64,000 nucleotides of DNA from Candidatus Marinacidobacterales bacterium (GTDB taxonomy: Bacteria > Acidobacteriota > Vicinamibacteria > Marinacidobacterales > DATDRI01), in contig OZ245365.1 of assembly GCA_965226495.1 (NCBI GenBank), positions 3,264,001 through 3,328,000 on the forward strand. The letters are read 5' to 3'. A program made the translations under genes and the position numbers. Under the pieces are notes generated by a model. That model saw nothing but the letters and a program-made list of their open reading frames with translations. It was not told the origin of the DNA and did not search any database. Of this stretch, positions 9,088 to 18,119 are shown piece by piece. Each line of letters begins with the position of its first letter. Within the stretch, counting starts at the first letter, position 1.

Positions 9088-10083
9088 ATGTCGACTCCCA
9101 CTCGTTTCGAGCTAGGCATTTTTCCCACACCTCTCGTCGAGGCCTCGCGCTTATCGCAAGCCCTCGAGGGTCCACGCATCCTTATCAAGCGCGACGACCT
9201 CACGGGTTTCGGCTTCGGTGGCAACAAAGTACGTGGACTCGAGTATTCCATCGCGGACGCCATCGCGCAGAAAACCGATGTCGTCGTCACCGGAGCGGGC
9301 CCCCAATCGAACCACATCCGCGCCACCGCGGCCGCGGCGCGAGCGGCGGGGCTCGATGTGGTCGCCGTCATGCACGGTGACCGGCCCGCCGAGACGCAGG
9401 GCAATTTTCTTCTCGATCAATGGCTAGATGTCGAGATCCGTTTCACTAACGATCCCGACCGCAGCCTCTTAGATCAGAAGATCGAGGAAGTCGCCGAGGA
9501 GCTCCGGCAATCGGGGCGACGACCGTATGTCATTCCGCGGGGCGGTTCTTCGGGACTCAGTGCCTGCGGTTACGTGCAGTGTGCCCGTGAAATGGGGGAG
9601 CAGCTCGTAGACCGCGGCGCCAGACCCCACTGGCTGGTCATCGCAACCGGGGGCGGTGGCACGCATGCGGGTCTCCTTGCCGGTTCGAAGATTTACGATG
9701 CACCGTATCGCATTCTCGGCGTCACGGTGAGCCGTCCGCCGGAGGAGTGCGAGGAACGCATCGGACGCCTGGCGCGTGAGGCGGCGAAGCTCGTCCGGCC
9801 TCAAGGTGATCCTATCCAGATCGCTCCCGACGACATCTCTGTCCGTGACGGCTTCATCGGCGAGGGGTACGGCATTCCCTCGCCGGAAGGCATCGAAGCC
9901 ATCCGCCTGCTAAGCCGGACAGAAGGAATGTTCTTGGATCCCGTCTATACCGGCAAGGCCATGGCCGGCCTTATTGGTGAGATCCGAGCGGGGCGCATTA
10001 GGAAGGGCGAGACGGTCGTCTTCGTTCACACCGGAGGAGAGCCTGCCCTCTTTGCCTACCCGGAGATCGCAACGCGTTCATGA
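9088..10083 (+). CDS. PLP-dependent D-cysteine desulfhydrase-family enzyme (XcbE-like)
   Basis: IKRDDLTG..GGNK, QSNH, GGGGTHAG, LDPVYTGKA and HTGG. Thr/Thr at the positions where ACC deaminases have Glu/Leu. Confidence 0.88.
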   Translation: MSTPTRFELGIFPTPLVEASRLSQALEGPRILIKRDDLTGFGFGGNKVRGLEYSIADAIAQKTDVVVTGAGPQSNHIRATAAAARAAGLDVVAVMHGDRPAETQGNFLLDQWLDVEIRFTNDPDRSLLDQKIEEVAEELRQSGRRPYVIPRGGSSGLSACGYVQCAREMGEQLVDRGARPHWLVIATGGGGTHAGLLAGSKIYDAPYRILGVTVSRPPEECEERIGRLAREAAKLVRPQGDPIQIAPDDISVRDGFIGEGYGIPSPEGIEAIRLLSRTEGMFLDPVYTGKAMAGLIGEIRAGRIRKGETVVFVHTGGEPALFAYPEIATRS

Positions 10084-10122
10084 AAAGCAGCCTGCCCGCT
10101 GCGATTTACCTGATTGCCGCCC

Positions 10123-10593
10123 TCATACCAACCGGTGGCGCACCGCACGAAGAGTCTCGTCGCTCTCGTCGAACGCCAGAGTCTTCGCCGCTTGCAGTAG
10201 ACCCTCGACCTGTGCCGCTTCGTGCCCCCAGGAGTCACCCGCGAATAAAACCGGCAAGTAGGCGGTGCGAGCGAGGCCGGTAAGATCCTCTTCTTGGATA
10301 TCAATCGAGCCAAGAGCCGTGTGGTCAATCCTTGGCACCGAGAGCGTGACCGCCCTCTGACGATGGGTCTCGAGATCGGCGATCACCTCGGGTAAGGCTA
10401 CGATGATGAGTTGGACCGGGCGGCCGAGGTGTGTTCGTCCAATGGTCTCCACACGCACCCGCGGGCTCTTCTCGAGCTCTGCTAGTGTCGAGGCGAAACT
10501 TCGATCGACGAGCAGCACTTCTGCAGGAGGCTGCGTGCTCTCGGCTTGTGATCCACCAGCCGCCAACAAAAGGGCCAGCACTTGAAAGGTCAT
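10123..10593 (-). pseudogene. Truncated N-terminal fragment of a secreted M14-like zinc carboxypeptidase
   Basis: Signal peptide, then SPRVRVETIGRTHLGRPVQLIIV and LPVLF...WGHEAA. Stops after ~156 aa, lacking most of the catalytic domain. Confidence 0.55.
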
Positions 10594-10737
10594 CTTGATT
10601 CCCTCCGGCGGCTTGACGGTCTGTCGGCCTGTCAGGCGAACCCGGGTACCACACTCTATACATCCTATTTGACCGATGGAAGCCAAGACAAATAGAATAC
10701 GCCCGCTCCAGGAAGGGATTTAGGAGAAGGACCCACG

Positions 10738-13700
10738 ATGAACAATTCTTACACTCACCGAACAGCTTTCATCGGCGCTCTAGTGCTGATCGCGATGGTG
10801 CCCCGGGTCGCTGCCGAGCCCTATGATCCGGATGTTTACCAAAATCTGGAGTGGCGTTTCATCGGTCCTTATCGCGGCGGCCGCGTGACGACCGCGGTAG
10901 GTGTCCCTGGACAAGCCAACGTCTACTACCAAGGGGCAACCGGCGGCGGCGTTTGGAAAACCACCGATGCTGGACTTTCTTGGAAAAACGTCTCTGACGG
11001 TTTTCTCAAGACCGGCTCGGTGGGCGCGATCGCCGTAGCTCCATCCGATCCCAACGTCGTGTACGTGGGCATGGGAGAGGTTTGCATTCGGAGCAACTTC
11101 TCGCACGGAGACGGGGTCTACAAATCGACCGATGCCGGTAAAACCTGGACGCATGTCGGGCTCTCTGACTCGCGGCAAATCGGTCAGATCCGCGTCCATC
11201 CCGAAAACCCCGACCTGGTCTACGTCGCGGCGCTGGGTCACGTCTTCGGCCCCAACGAAGAGCGAGGCGTATTTCGGTCCAAGGACGGGGGGACGTCGTG
11301 GGAGAAAGTCCTTTACATAGATGACAAGACCGGCGCGGTCGATTTGAGCCTGGATGTTACGAACCCCAACGTCATCTACGCAGCTATGTGGCAAGTCATT
11401 CGAAAACCATGGGGCATCCTTCCGCATGGGCCTGGAAGCGGTATCTACAAAACGACGAACGGTGGAGATTCCTGGGAAGAGCTCACCCGCGGCCTGCCAG
11501 GGACGGGTCTCGGAAGGATCGGCGTTTCGGTCTCTCCCGTCAATCCCAACCGAGTGTGGGCGCTGGTCGAGGCTGACGGCGGGGATCTCTTTCTTTCCGA
11601 CGACGCCAGCGTCTCTTGGACTATGGTCAACGACGATTTTCATTTACAGCGGCGACCTTATTACTACGGCCACATCTATGCCGATACTCAAGAGGTCGAC
11701 TCTGTCTACGTCCTCACCTCTCCCTTCATGAAGTCGATAGACGCGGGGAAGTCCTTCGCGCATATCGAAGTGCCTCACGGGGATAACCACGACCTTTGGA
11801 TCGCGCCCGACGACAACAACCGCATGATCAACGCCAACGATGGTGGCGCAAACGTATCCTTCGACGGAGGAAAGAGCTGGAGTCGAATCGATAACCAGCC
11901 TACCGCTCAGTTCTATTGGGTCATCACGGACGACCGGTTCCCCTATCGTGTTTACGGTGCCCAACAGGACAATACGACAGTCTCGATCGCAAGCCGGACG
12001 GCAACCCCCGGAATCGCGGCGAGTGATTGGTATGCGGTGGCGGGGGGCGAGAGCGGCTACATTGCTCCCAAACCGGGAGCTCCCGACGTAACCTACGGGG
12101 GCAGCTATTGGGGATTGATGACGCGTCACGATCGCCGCACCGGCGAAAATCGTGACGTTTCGCCTTGGCCGGCTCGGCCGATGGGGCGCGTGGGAGCGGA
12201 TCTGAAGTACCGCTTCAACTGGACGTATCCTATTGTGATCTCGCCGCATGATCCCAACACGATCTTTGCCGGGGCGAACGTCGTCTTCCGCTCCACCAAC
12301 GAAGGGCAGAGCTGGGAAGTGGTCAGCCCGGACCTAACTCATGACGACAAAAGCAAGCAGCGGCTGGGTCGACTCTCCGACTTCTACTGCACGATCACTT
12401 CGATCGCCGAGTCGAAGCTCCAAAAGGATTTGCTCTGGGTGGGGTCCGACGACGGAAGAGTTCACCTGACACGGAATGGCGGGCAAGAGTGGCTAGAGGT
12501 CACGCCTTCAGAAATGGAAGCGTGGAGCCGGATAAACGTCATTGAACCCTCGCCTCATGACGCGGGCTCGGCGTACTTGGCGGTGAACCGATACCAGCTC
12601 GACGACTACCGACCGTATGTTTACAAGACCAAGGACTTTGGAAGCAGCTGGAAGCGGGTGGCGAAAGGTATCCCCGAAAACGCGTTCGTCAGAACGGTGC
12701 GCGAAGATCCCAAACGCAGAGGGCTCCTTTACGCCGGTACTGAAACGGGCGTCTACGTATCTTTCGACGACGGAGAGAACTGGCAGTCGCTGCGAGGCAA
12801 CTTGCCGATCGTGCCGATTACCGACCTCGCGGTCAAGAACGATGACCTCGTCGCCGCCACTCAAGGCCGCGCTTTCTGGATCTTGGATGATCTGACACCG
12901 CTCCATCAGCTCACGCCAGAGATCGCCGCATCTCCTTTCTTCCTATTCGAGCCACGCGACGCATACCGGGTGAGGAAACACCGCTCCTTTCTCCGAGACC
13001 CGAACACGGGTCAGAATCCCCCCGACGGCGTCATCGTGGACTATTTACTGCGAGATAGTTCAGGCGTAGTGACTCTCGAGTTCCTCGACGCCGATGGCGG
13101 CACGATCCAGTCCTTAAACAGCTCGGACCAGGAATCGAACGTCACTGTGGAACCAGGACTCAATCGTTTCGTCTGGGATATGCGCTATCCCGATGGCACG
13201 GATCTCACAAATGGCAGTCATCTATTCGGCGGCAATCTCCGTGGGCCCATGGCCGTCCCAGGCACTTACCAGGTCCGCCTAGCGGTAAGCGGTGAAACGA
13301 CGAGTGCTTCGTTCGACATCAGAAAAGATCCAAGGGTTACCGCCACCCGTGAGGATCTTCAGGCTCAGTTCGACTTGCTCATCGCCATCCGTGATGGTGT
13401 GAGCGACGCCCACACCGCGGCCAACCAGATCCTCGCCGCTAAGGAACACGTCCAGAACTTATCGACTGAGGACGCGAACATAGAGACCCAAGCAAGGGAG
13501 GTTGACCTGAAGCTCACCGCAGTCCTGGACGAGCTGGTGGAGCTGCGCTTCCGTGGCATCGACGACCAGATGCTCGTCTACCCGCTGCAGCTAAACGCAA
13601 AGATCGTGTCTTTACAGCGAGTGGTTGCTAGCGCAGAACGCCGGCCCACCGATCAGTCCGTGGAAGTCTTTAGAGTGTTACGGTCTCAGCTCGACACGCA

Positions 13701-13800
13701 ACTCAGGAAGCTCGACGCGATCATAGCGGACGAGGTCAAGGCCCTCAACCGAGCGCTCAGGAAGAGCGGCCTCCGCGAATTGAGAACGGACCTGGAATAA
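10738..13800 (+). CDS. Secreted VPS10/BNR-repeat beta-propeller glycosyl hydrolase-like protein
   Basis: WRFIGPYRGGR, many Asp-box repeats (KSTDAGKTW, SFDGGKSW), HGDNHDLWI and ATQGRAFWILDD. Confidence 0.88.
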   Translation: MNNSYTHRTAFIGALVLIAMVPRVAAEPYDPDVYQNLEWRFIGPYRGGRVTTAVGVPGQANVYYQGATGGGVWKTTDAGLSWKNVSDGFLKTGSVGAIAVAPSDPNVVYVGMGEVCIRSNFSHGDGVYKSTDAGKTWTHVGLSDSRQIGQIRVHPENPDLVYVAALGHVFGPNEERGVFRSKDGGTSWEKVLYIDDKTGAVDLSLDVTNPNVIYAAMWQVIRKPWGILPHGPGSGIYKTTNGGDSWEELTRGLPGTGLGRIGVSVSPVNPNRVWALVEADGGDLFLSDDASVSWTMVNDDFHLQRRPYYYGHIYADTQEVDSVYVLTSPFMKSIDAGKSFAHIEVPHGDNHDLWIAPDDNNRMINANDGGANVSFDGGKSWSRIDNQPTAQFYWVITDDRFPYRVYGAQQDNTTVSIASRTATPGIAASDWYAVAGGESGYIAPKPGAPDVTYGGSYWGLMTRHDRRTGENRDVSPWPARPMGRVGADLKYRFNWTYPIVISPHDPNTIFAGANVVFRSTNEGQSWEVVSPDLTHDDKSKQRLGRLSDFYCTITSIAESKLQKDLLWVGSDDGRVHLTRNGGQEWLEVTPSEMEAWSRINVIEPSPHDAGSAYLAVNRYQLDDYRPYVYKTKDFGSSWKRVAKGIPENAFVRTVREDPKRRGLLYAGTETGVYVSFDDGENWQSLRGNLPIVPITDLAVKNDDLVAATQGRAFWILDDLTPLHQLTPEIAASPFFLFEPRDAYRVRKHRSFLRDPNTGQNPPDGVIVDYLLRDSSGVVTLEFLDADGGTIQSLNSSDQESNVTVEPGLNRFVWDMRYPDGTDLTNGSHLFGGNLRGPMAVPGTYQVRLAVSGETTSASFDIRKDPRVTATREDLQAQFDLLIAIRDGVSDAHTAANQILAAKEHVQNLSTEDANIETQAREVDLKLTAVLDELVELRFRGIDDQMLVYPLQLNAKIVSLQRVVASAERRPTDQSVEVFRVLRSQLDTQLRKLDAIIADEVKALNRALRKSGLRELRTDLE

Positions 13801-13986
13801 GGGAAGGTCTGGCCCCCTGGCTGTACGGACCGATATTGGCGGGCACCGCCGGTTATCTGGCGGTCTGCCTGGACGACGAAGTCTGGGAAGTTGTGGCCAC
13901 ACCTTTTTGGAAGCGGAGTTAGGCTGCGCCTCTGTCAAACGACGTAGAGCATGTTTCTGGAAACGTGCTAGCATGTAGCCCGCCTT

Positions 13987-14394
13987 ATGATTAAGCACAA
14001 GCCACTCTTCACGTCAGAGGCCCTCACCCGAGGCGTTCGGGTGCACGTCGTCTGCAAGTACTCCCCCGACCACTCTCAGCCTCAAGTGAACCGCTGGTTC
14101 TTCCTCTACACCGTCAAGATCGCGAACGAAGGAACGGCGCCGGTTCAGCTGGTGAGCCGTCATTGGATCATCGAAGACGCCGACGGCAACGTGGAGGAAG
14201 TTCGGGGACCGGGTGTGGTGGGGCAGCAGCCTGAGCTCGCTCCCGGTGAGTCCTTTCAATACACGTCGGGCTGCCCGCTCGCAACCCCGTTCGGGTCGAT
14301 GCGCGGCACGTACCAAATGGTGTCCGAAGAAGGCGCCAGCTTCGACGCGGAGATCGCTCCCTTTACCCTCAGCGAGCCTTATACGATTCACTAA
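13987..14394 (+). CDS. apaG: ApaG protein
   Basis: QLVSRHWII, EVRGPGVVGQQP, YTSGCPLATPFGSMRGTY. Confidence 0.95.
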   Translation: MIKHKPLFTSEALTRGVRVHVVCKYSPDHSQPQVNRWFFLYTVKIANEGTAPVQLVSRHWIIEDADGNVEEVRGPGVVGQQPELAPGESFQYTSGCPLATPFGSMRGTYQMVSEEGASFDAEIAPFTLSEPYTIH

Positions 14395-14465
14395 CGCGCC
14401 ACCATTTACTTGTTGATGGGCTCTAATCCCCAGGAGATCGTTTCGAGGAGCTCCGTCCGTTTCGG

Positions 14466-15293
14466 ATGAGCGAAAAACTAATGGCGCCAAAGAAGAAGAA
14501 ACTCACCGCAAGAAATGCTGACAAACACTGGCTGTATGAGCAGAGCGTCCAAGCGCCCGAGGCGGACACCCGGTTCTTCGCTCGTTATTACAAGAAACTC
14601 ACCGGTCGGAACGCTCGCGTCATGCGAGAGGACTTTTGCGGCACCTCCCAGCTCTCGTGCCACTGGGTCAAGCTCCACGGAGAAAACCGCGCTATTGGTG
14701 TGGATCTCGATGCCTCGGTATTGAAGTGGGCACGCACGAACAACGTCAGCCTGCTGACCGAAGATCAGCGACGGCGCCTGCGCTTGATCCGAAATAACGT
14801 GCTCGCGGTTCGCCATCCGAAGGCCGACATCGTGGCGGCCATGAACTTCAGTTATTCGGTGTTCCAAACCCGCGAAACGCTCGGCGCATACATCAAGAAC
14901 GCCTACCGGTCACTGAACAAGCACGGTGTCCTGTGTATGGATGCGTGGGGCGGTGCCGACACACTCATCACCACCGTAGAGAAACGCCGACAGCAGGGTT
15001 TTACGTACGTTTGGGACCAAGTCGATTTCGATCCGATCACGTTTCACATCCTTTGCAAGATCCACTTCGAGTTCCGTGACGGCTCGCGGATGCGCAACGC
15101 GTTCATTTACGATTGGCGCCTGTGGACATTGCCGGAAATGCAGGAGCTCATGGTCGAGGCTGGGTTCAAAGACGTGCACGTGCTCTGGGAAGGAACCGAA
15201 CGTAGCACGGGCGAGGGTAACGGTGCGTTTCGCCGCACCGAAAAAGGAGGCGACGAGGCGGCATGGATCGCCTACGTCGTCGGAAAAAAATGA
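14466..15293 (+). CDS. Class I SAM-dependent methyltransferase (uncharacterised)
   Basis: LYEQSVQ, REDFCGT, GVDLD, NFSY and YDWRLWTLPE. Confidence 0.75.
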   Translation: MSEKLMAPKKKKLTARNADKHWLYEQSVQAPEADTRFFARYYKKLTGRNARVMREDFCGTSQLSCHWVKLHGENRAIGVDLDASVLKWARTNNVSLLTEDQRRRLRLIRNNVLAVRHPKADIVAAMNFSYSVFQTRETLGAYIKNAYRSLNKHGVLCMDAWGGADTLITTVEKRRQQGFTYVWDQVDFDPITFHILCKIHFEFRDGSRMRNAFIYDWRLWTLPEMQELMVEAGFKDVHVLWEGTERSTGEGNGAFRRTEKGGDEAAWIAYVVGKK

Positions 15294-15391
15294 TGGTTTC
15301 CCTCCTCTATTCCTCTCCCTCTAGGCCTTGCGGCCGTCAAAATATGTTGTGCCAGCAAAAGAGGTGGCCAGACGGCGGTGAGGGGTGACAG

Positions 15392-16297
15392 GTGGGCCTG
15401 AATCAAGGCTACTCCTATCGACAGAGACTGGGCTCCGAAGCCGCGGATCTCACCGTCCTCGAATACCTCAGCCGACGCTACCAGCATTCTTCCGCCGACC
15501 AGTGGCGAGCCAGGATCGAAGCGGGGCTAGTCCTGCTCGACGGAGAACCCGCCGCTTCTGGTGAAATCATCCACACCGGTCAAACGCTGGTCTGGCGCCG
15601 ACCACCCTGGCAAGAACCGAACGCCCCGGTTTCGTTTGCCGTCCTTCACGAGGACGAGCACGTGCTGGCAATTGCGAAACCGACCGGGCTTCCGACGCTT
15701 CCCGGTGGCGGCTTTCTGGTCAACACGCTTCTCAGTATCGTGCGCAAACACTATCCAGACGCGACGCCTCTTCACCGATTGGGCCGCGCGACCTCTGGGA
15801 TCATGCTCTGGGCGCGAACCGGCCTGGCACGTCGCCGGTTGCGACAAGCTTGGGAGACGGATGTCGTCAGAGTGTACCGGACGTTGGTCCAGGGCGTGAT
15901 CGATCAAGAGGAGCTGACGGTCGAAACACCCATCGGGGCCGTGCCGCACTTGCTGCTTGGTACCGTCTATGCGGCCACCCCCGCTGGCAAGCCTTCCCTG
16001 AGTCGGGTCCGAACGCTCGAGCGATCCAGCAACACGTCCTTGGTCGAGGTCCGGCTGGAAACCGGAAGACCCCATCAAATCCGAATCCACCTCGCGGCAG
16101 CCGGTTATCCACTGGTTGGAGATCCGCTTTACGACATCGGTGGCGTGCCGAAAGCGAAGAGTCGTGCCCTTCCAGGAGACCTTGGCTACCTCCTTCACTC
16201 GGAACGAGTGACCTTCCGGCACCCCGGCACCGAGCGACTCATTGAAGTGGCGTGTCTCCCACCCCCGCTTCTGAGATTGACAAGAAACCCCTTATAA
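15392..16297 (+). CDS. RluA-family pseudouridine synthase homolog lacking the catalytic Asp
   Basis: S4-like N-terminus, KPTGL, HRLGRATSG (canonical HRLD), TGRPHQIRIHL and GDPLY. Confidence 0.85.
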   Translation: MGLNQGYSYRQRLGSEAADLTVLEYLSRRYQHSSADQWRARIEAGLVLLDGEPAASGEIIHTGQTLVWRRPPWQEPNAPVSFAVLHEDEHVLAIAKPTGLPTLPGGGFLVNTLLSIVRKHYPDATPLHRLGRATSGIMLWARTGLARRRLRQAWETDVVRVYRTLVQGVIDQEELTVETPIGAVPHLLLGTVYAATPAGKPSLSRVRTLERSSNTSLVEVRLETGRPHQIRIHLAAAGYPLVGDPLYDIGGVPKAKSRALPGDLGYLLHSERVTFRHPGTERLIEVACLPPPLLRLTRNPL

Positions 16298-16307
16298 TAA
16301 TCTCGCC

Positions 16308-17039
16308 ATGTCGCGAACCGCCGCCGCCCTCATCATCGGGAACGAGCTCCTCGGCGGCAAAATCCAGGAAAGCAACCTCCGCCAGCTCGCCCAGCTCTTG
16401 CGGCAACTCGGCATCAGCCTGAACCGTACCGTGATCGTGGCGGACGATGTAGCAACCATATCGCAAGAAGTCGCGGCGCTGTCTTCGGCCCATGACTTCC
16501 TCTTCACGAGCGGCGGAGTCGGCCCAACCCACGACGACGTCACGATGGAGGGAGTCGCTTCCGCCTTCGGCGTGCCGGTGGTGACCGATCCCGTCCTCGA
16601 AGAGAAGCTGCGTCTGCATTTCGGAGACAGTATCAACGAGAACCATCTCCGCTTGGCTCTGGTACCGCGAGGCACGCTTTTACTCTCCAACGCCAACTCA
16701 CTTTGGCCGGCGACAGTCATGGCGAACGTGTGGATCCTGCCGGGAATCCCGGAAGTGTTTCAGAAGAAACTGCCGATCGTGCAAGAGCACTTGGGCGGAG
16801 ACTTGCCGTTCCTATCGCGTGCGGTCTACACCAAGCTCGATGAAGCCGATCTCGCTCCCCTGTTGAACGAAGTCGTTCGCAACCACCTGACAGTCGATAT
16901 TGGCTCCTACCCGACGTGGGCGGATCGGAAATACAGTACGAAGCTGACCTTCGATGGAAAGGACGGCGATGCCATTAGCCGGGCGGTAGATGAATTCGTA
17001 GCTTTGCTGCCCGATGGCGAGCCCCAGTGGATCGAATAG
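16308..17039 (+). CDS. CinA-like molybdopterin-binding domain protein
   Basis: IIGNELLGGKIQESN, TSGGVGPTHDDVT, ILPGIP and IGSYP. Confidence 0.88.
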   Translation: MSRTAAALIIGNELLGGKIQESNLRQLAQLLRQLGISLNRTVIVADDVATISQEVAALSSAHDFLFTSGGVGPTHDDVTMEGVASAFGVPVVTDPVLEEKLRLHFGDSINENHLRLALVPRGTLLLSNANSLWPATVMANVWILPGIPEVFQKKLPIVQEHLGGDLPFLSRAVYTKLDEADLAPLLNEVVRNHLTVDIGSYPTWADRKYSTKLTFDGKDGDAISRAVDEFVALLPDGEPQWIE

Positions 17040-17064
17040 CCCCTCCGGGGGCGCGGAGGTACGT

Positions 17065-17320
17065 ATGAGGTTGATCGTATCCATTTCTTTTTTCCTTCTC
17101 TCTTCCACCACGCTGTGTGCCCAATTTTTCGAACCTGAAGTCTATGAGACGCGACGCGAGGCGGTGCTGGAGAATTTGGGCGAGGCGATCGCGATCGTTC
17201 CTGGTTACTCCGGGGCGCTGGGCATGGGTGTCTACCGACAGTCGGCCCACCTCATTTACTTGGCAGGTGTGGAAACTCCCAACGCCTATTTGGTCCTGGA
17301 CGGTCGCTCGAAACGGTACT
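17065..17320 (+). pseudogene. 5' fragment of a secreted Xaa-Pro aminopeptidase (AMP_N domain), truncated
   Basis: GGAGG RBS, signal peptide, EVYETRRE...YRQSAHLIYLAGVETPNAYLVLDG, then the sequence switches to transposase. Confidence 0.65.
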
Positions 17321-18048
17321 TCGTTGCCCCTCAGCCTGTCTCGCATTCACTGGACACCGGGCGCAAAAACGCTTTTCTACGAAGCGAAAGGCTCACATGA
17401 CGACCCCCTCGCTTCTCATCCGCGAGGCGAGGCCCTCGATGTCTTCGAGTTCCTGGCCCGAGTCCTCACGCAAATCCCCAAGCCTCGGCAACACGGCGTG
17501 CACTACATGGGCGCCTACTCCTCGAGAGCGCGCGCCTTTCGAAAAAGGAAAAACCGCCGCCTGCAATCACTCACCAGCCAACAAAACCCCAAAGCCAACT
17601 CTGAGCCGAACCTGTCTCCCAAAAAGCGTGCCGCGCTCAGAAAAAGATGGGCACAGCTCATCAAGCTCATCAGGCGCGTTCATCAGACCGACCCTCTCCG
17701 GTGCGACTGCGGAGGCACCTATCGCGTCATCGCCTTCATCACCGAGCAGAAGGTGATTCGGAAAATCTTGGCTCATCTCGAAAAAAGAAGAAGAAAAAGC
17801 GACTCGCACCCGCCACCCGAGCCCTAGTCACTGGCTTCACACCACGCCACTTGTCCGTTACCCCGACACCAGACGGCCGGAGTGTTTCTTCAACACCTAA
17901 CTCCCCCGGCGGGAGACACTTCTCAACCGCCTTGCCCCGTTTGCTCGAGTTCTGCTACCCTCACCAGGACTCACTCGGACTGCACAGACCCATTCTGGTG
18001 GGGAAAACTCGCGGGCCGGCGCTCGGGAGCGTATGAATTTTCCTATCC
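17320..18048 (+). mobile_element. IS91/ISCR-family remnant: transposase 3' half (to 17827) plus oriIS-like end
   Basis: PLSLSRI, FEFLARVLTQIP.PRQH.VHYMGAYS, WAQLI..V...DPLRCDCGG...IAFIT...IRKILAHL. Terminus GCGTATGAATTTTCCTATCC at ~18029-18048. The left junction is approximate. Confidence 0.75.
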
Positions 18049-18119
18049 TTTATCCTTTCTCCACGAACGCCCGTTAAGCGTCCTGCCCCCCTAATGTAGC
18101 GCGCCGTCCGAGCAAAAGT

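Noticed and set aside
9088-10083. ACC deaminase
   Set aside because: Has YTGK and HTGG rather than the YEGK and HLGG diagnostic of ACC deaminase.
13800-13930. Second attC site ending in GTTAGGC
   Set aside because: No matching RYYYAAC or L boxes upstream; only a generic GC hairpin.
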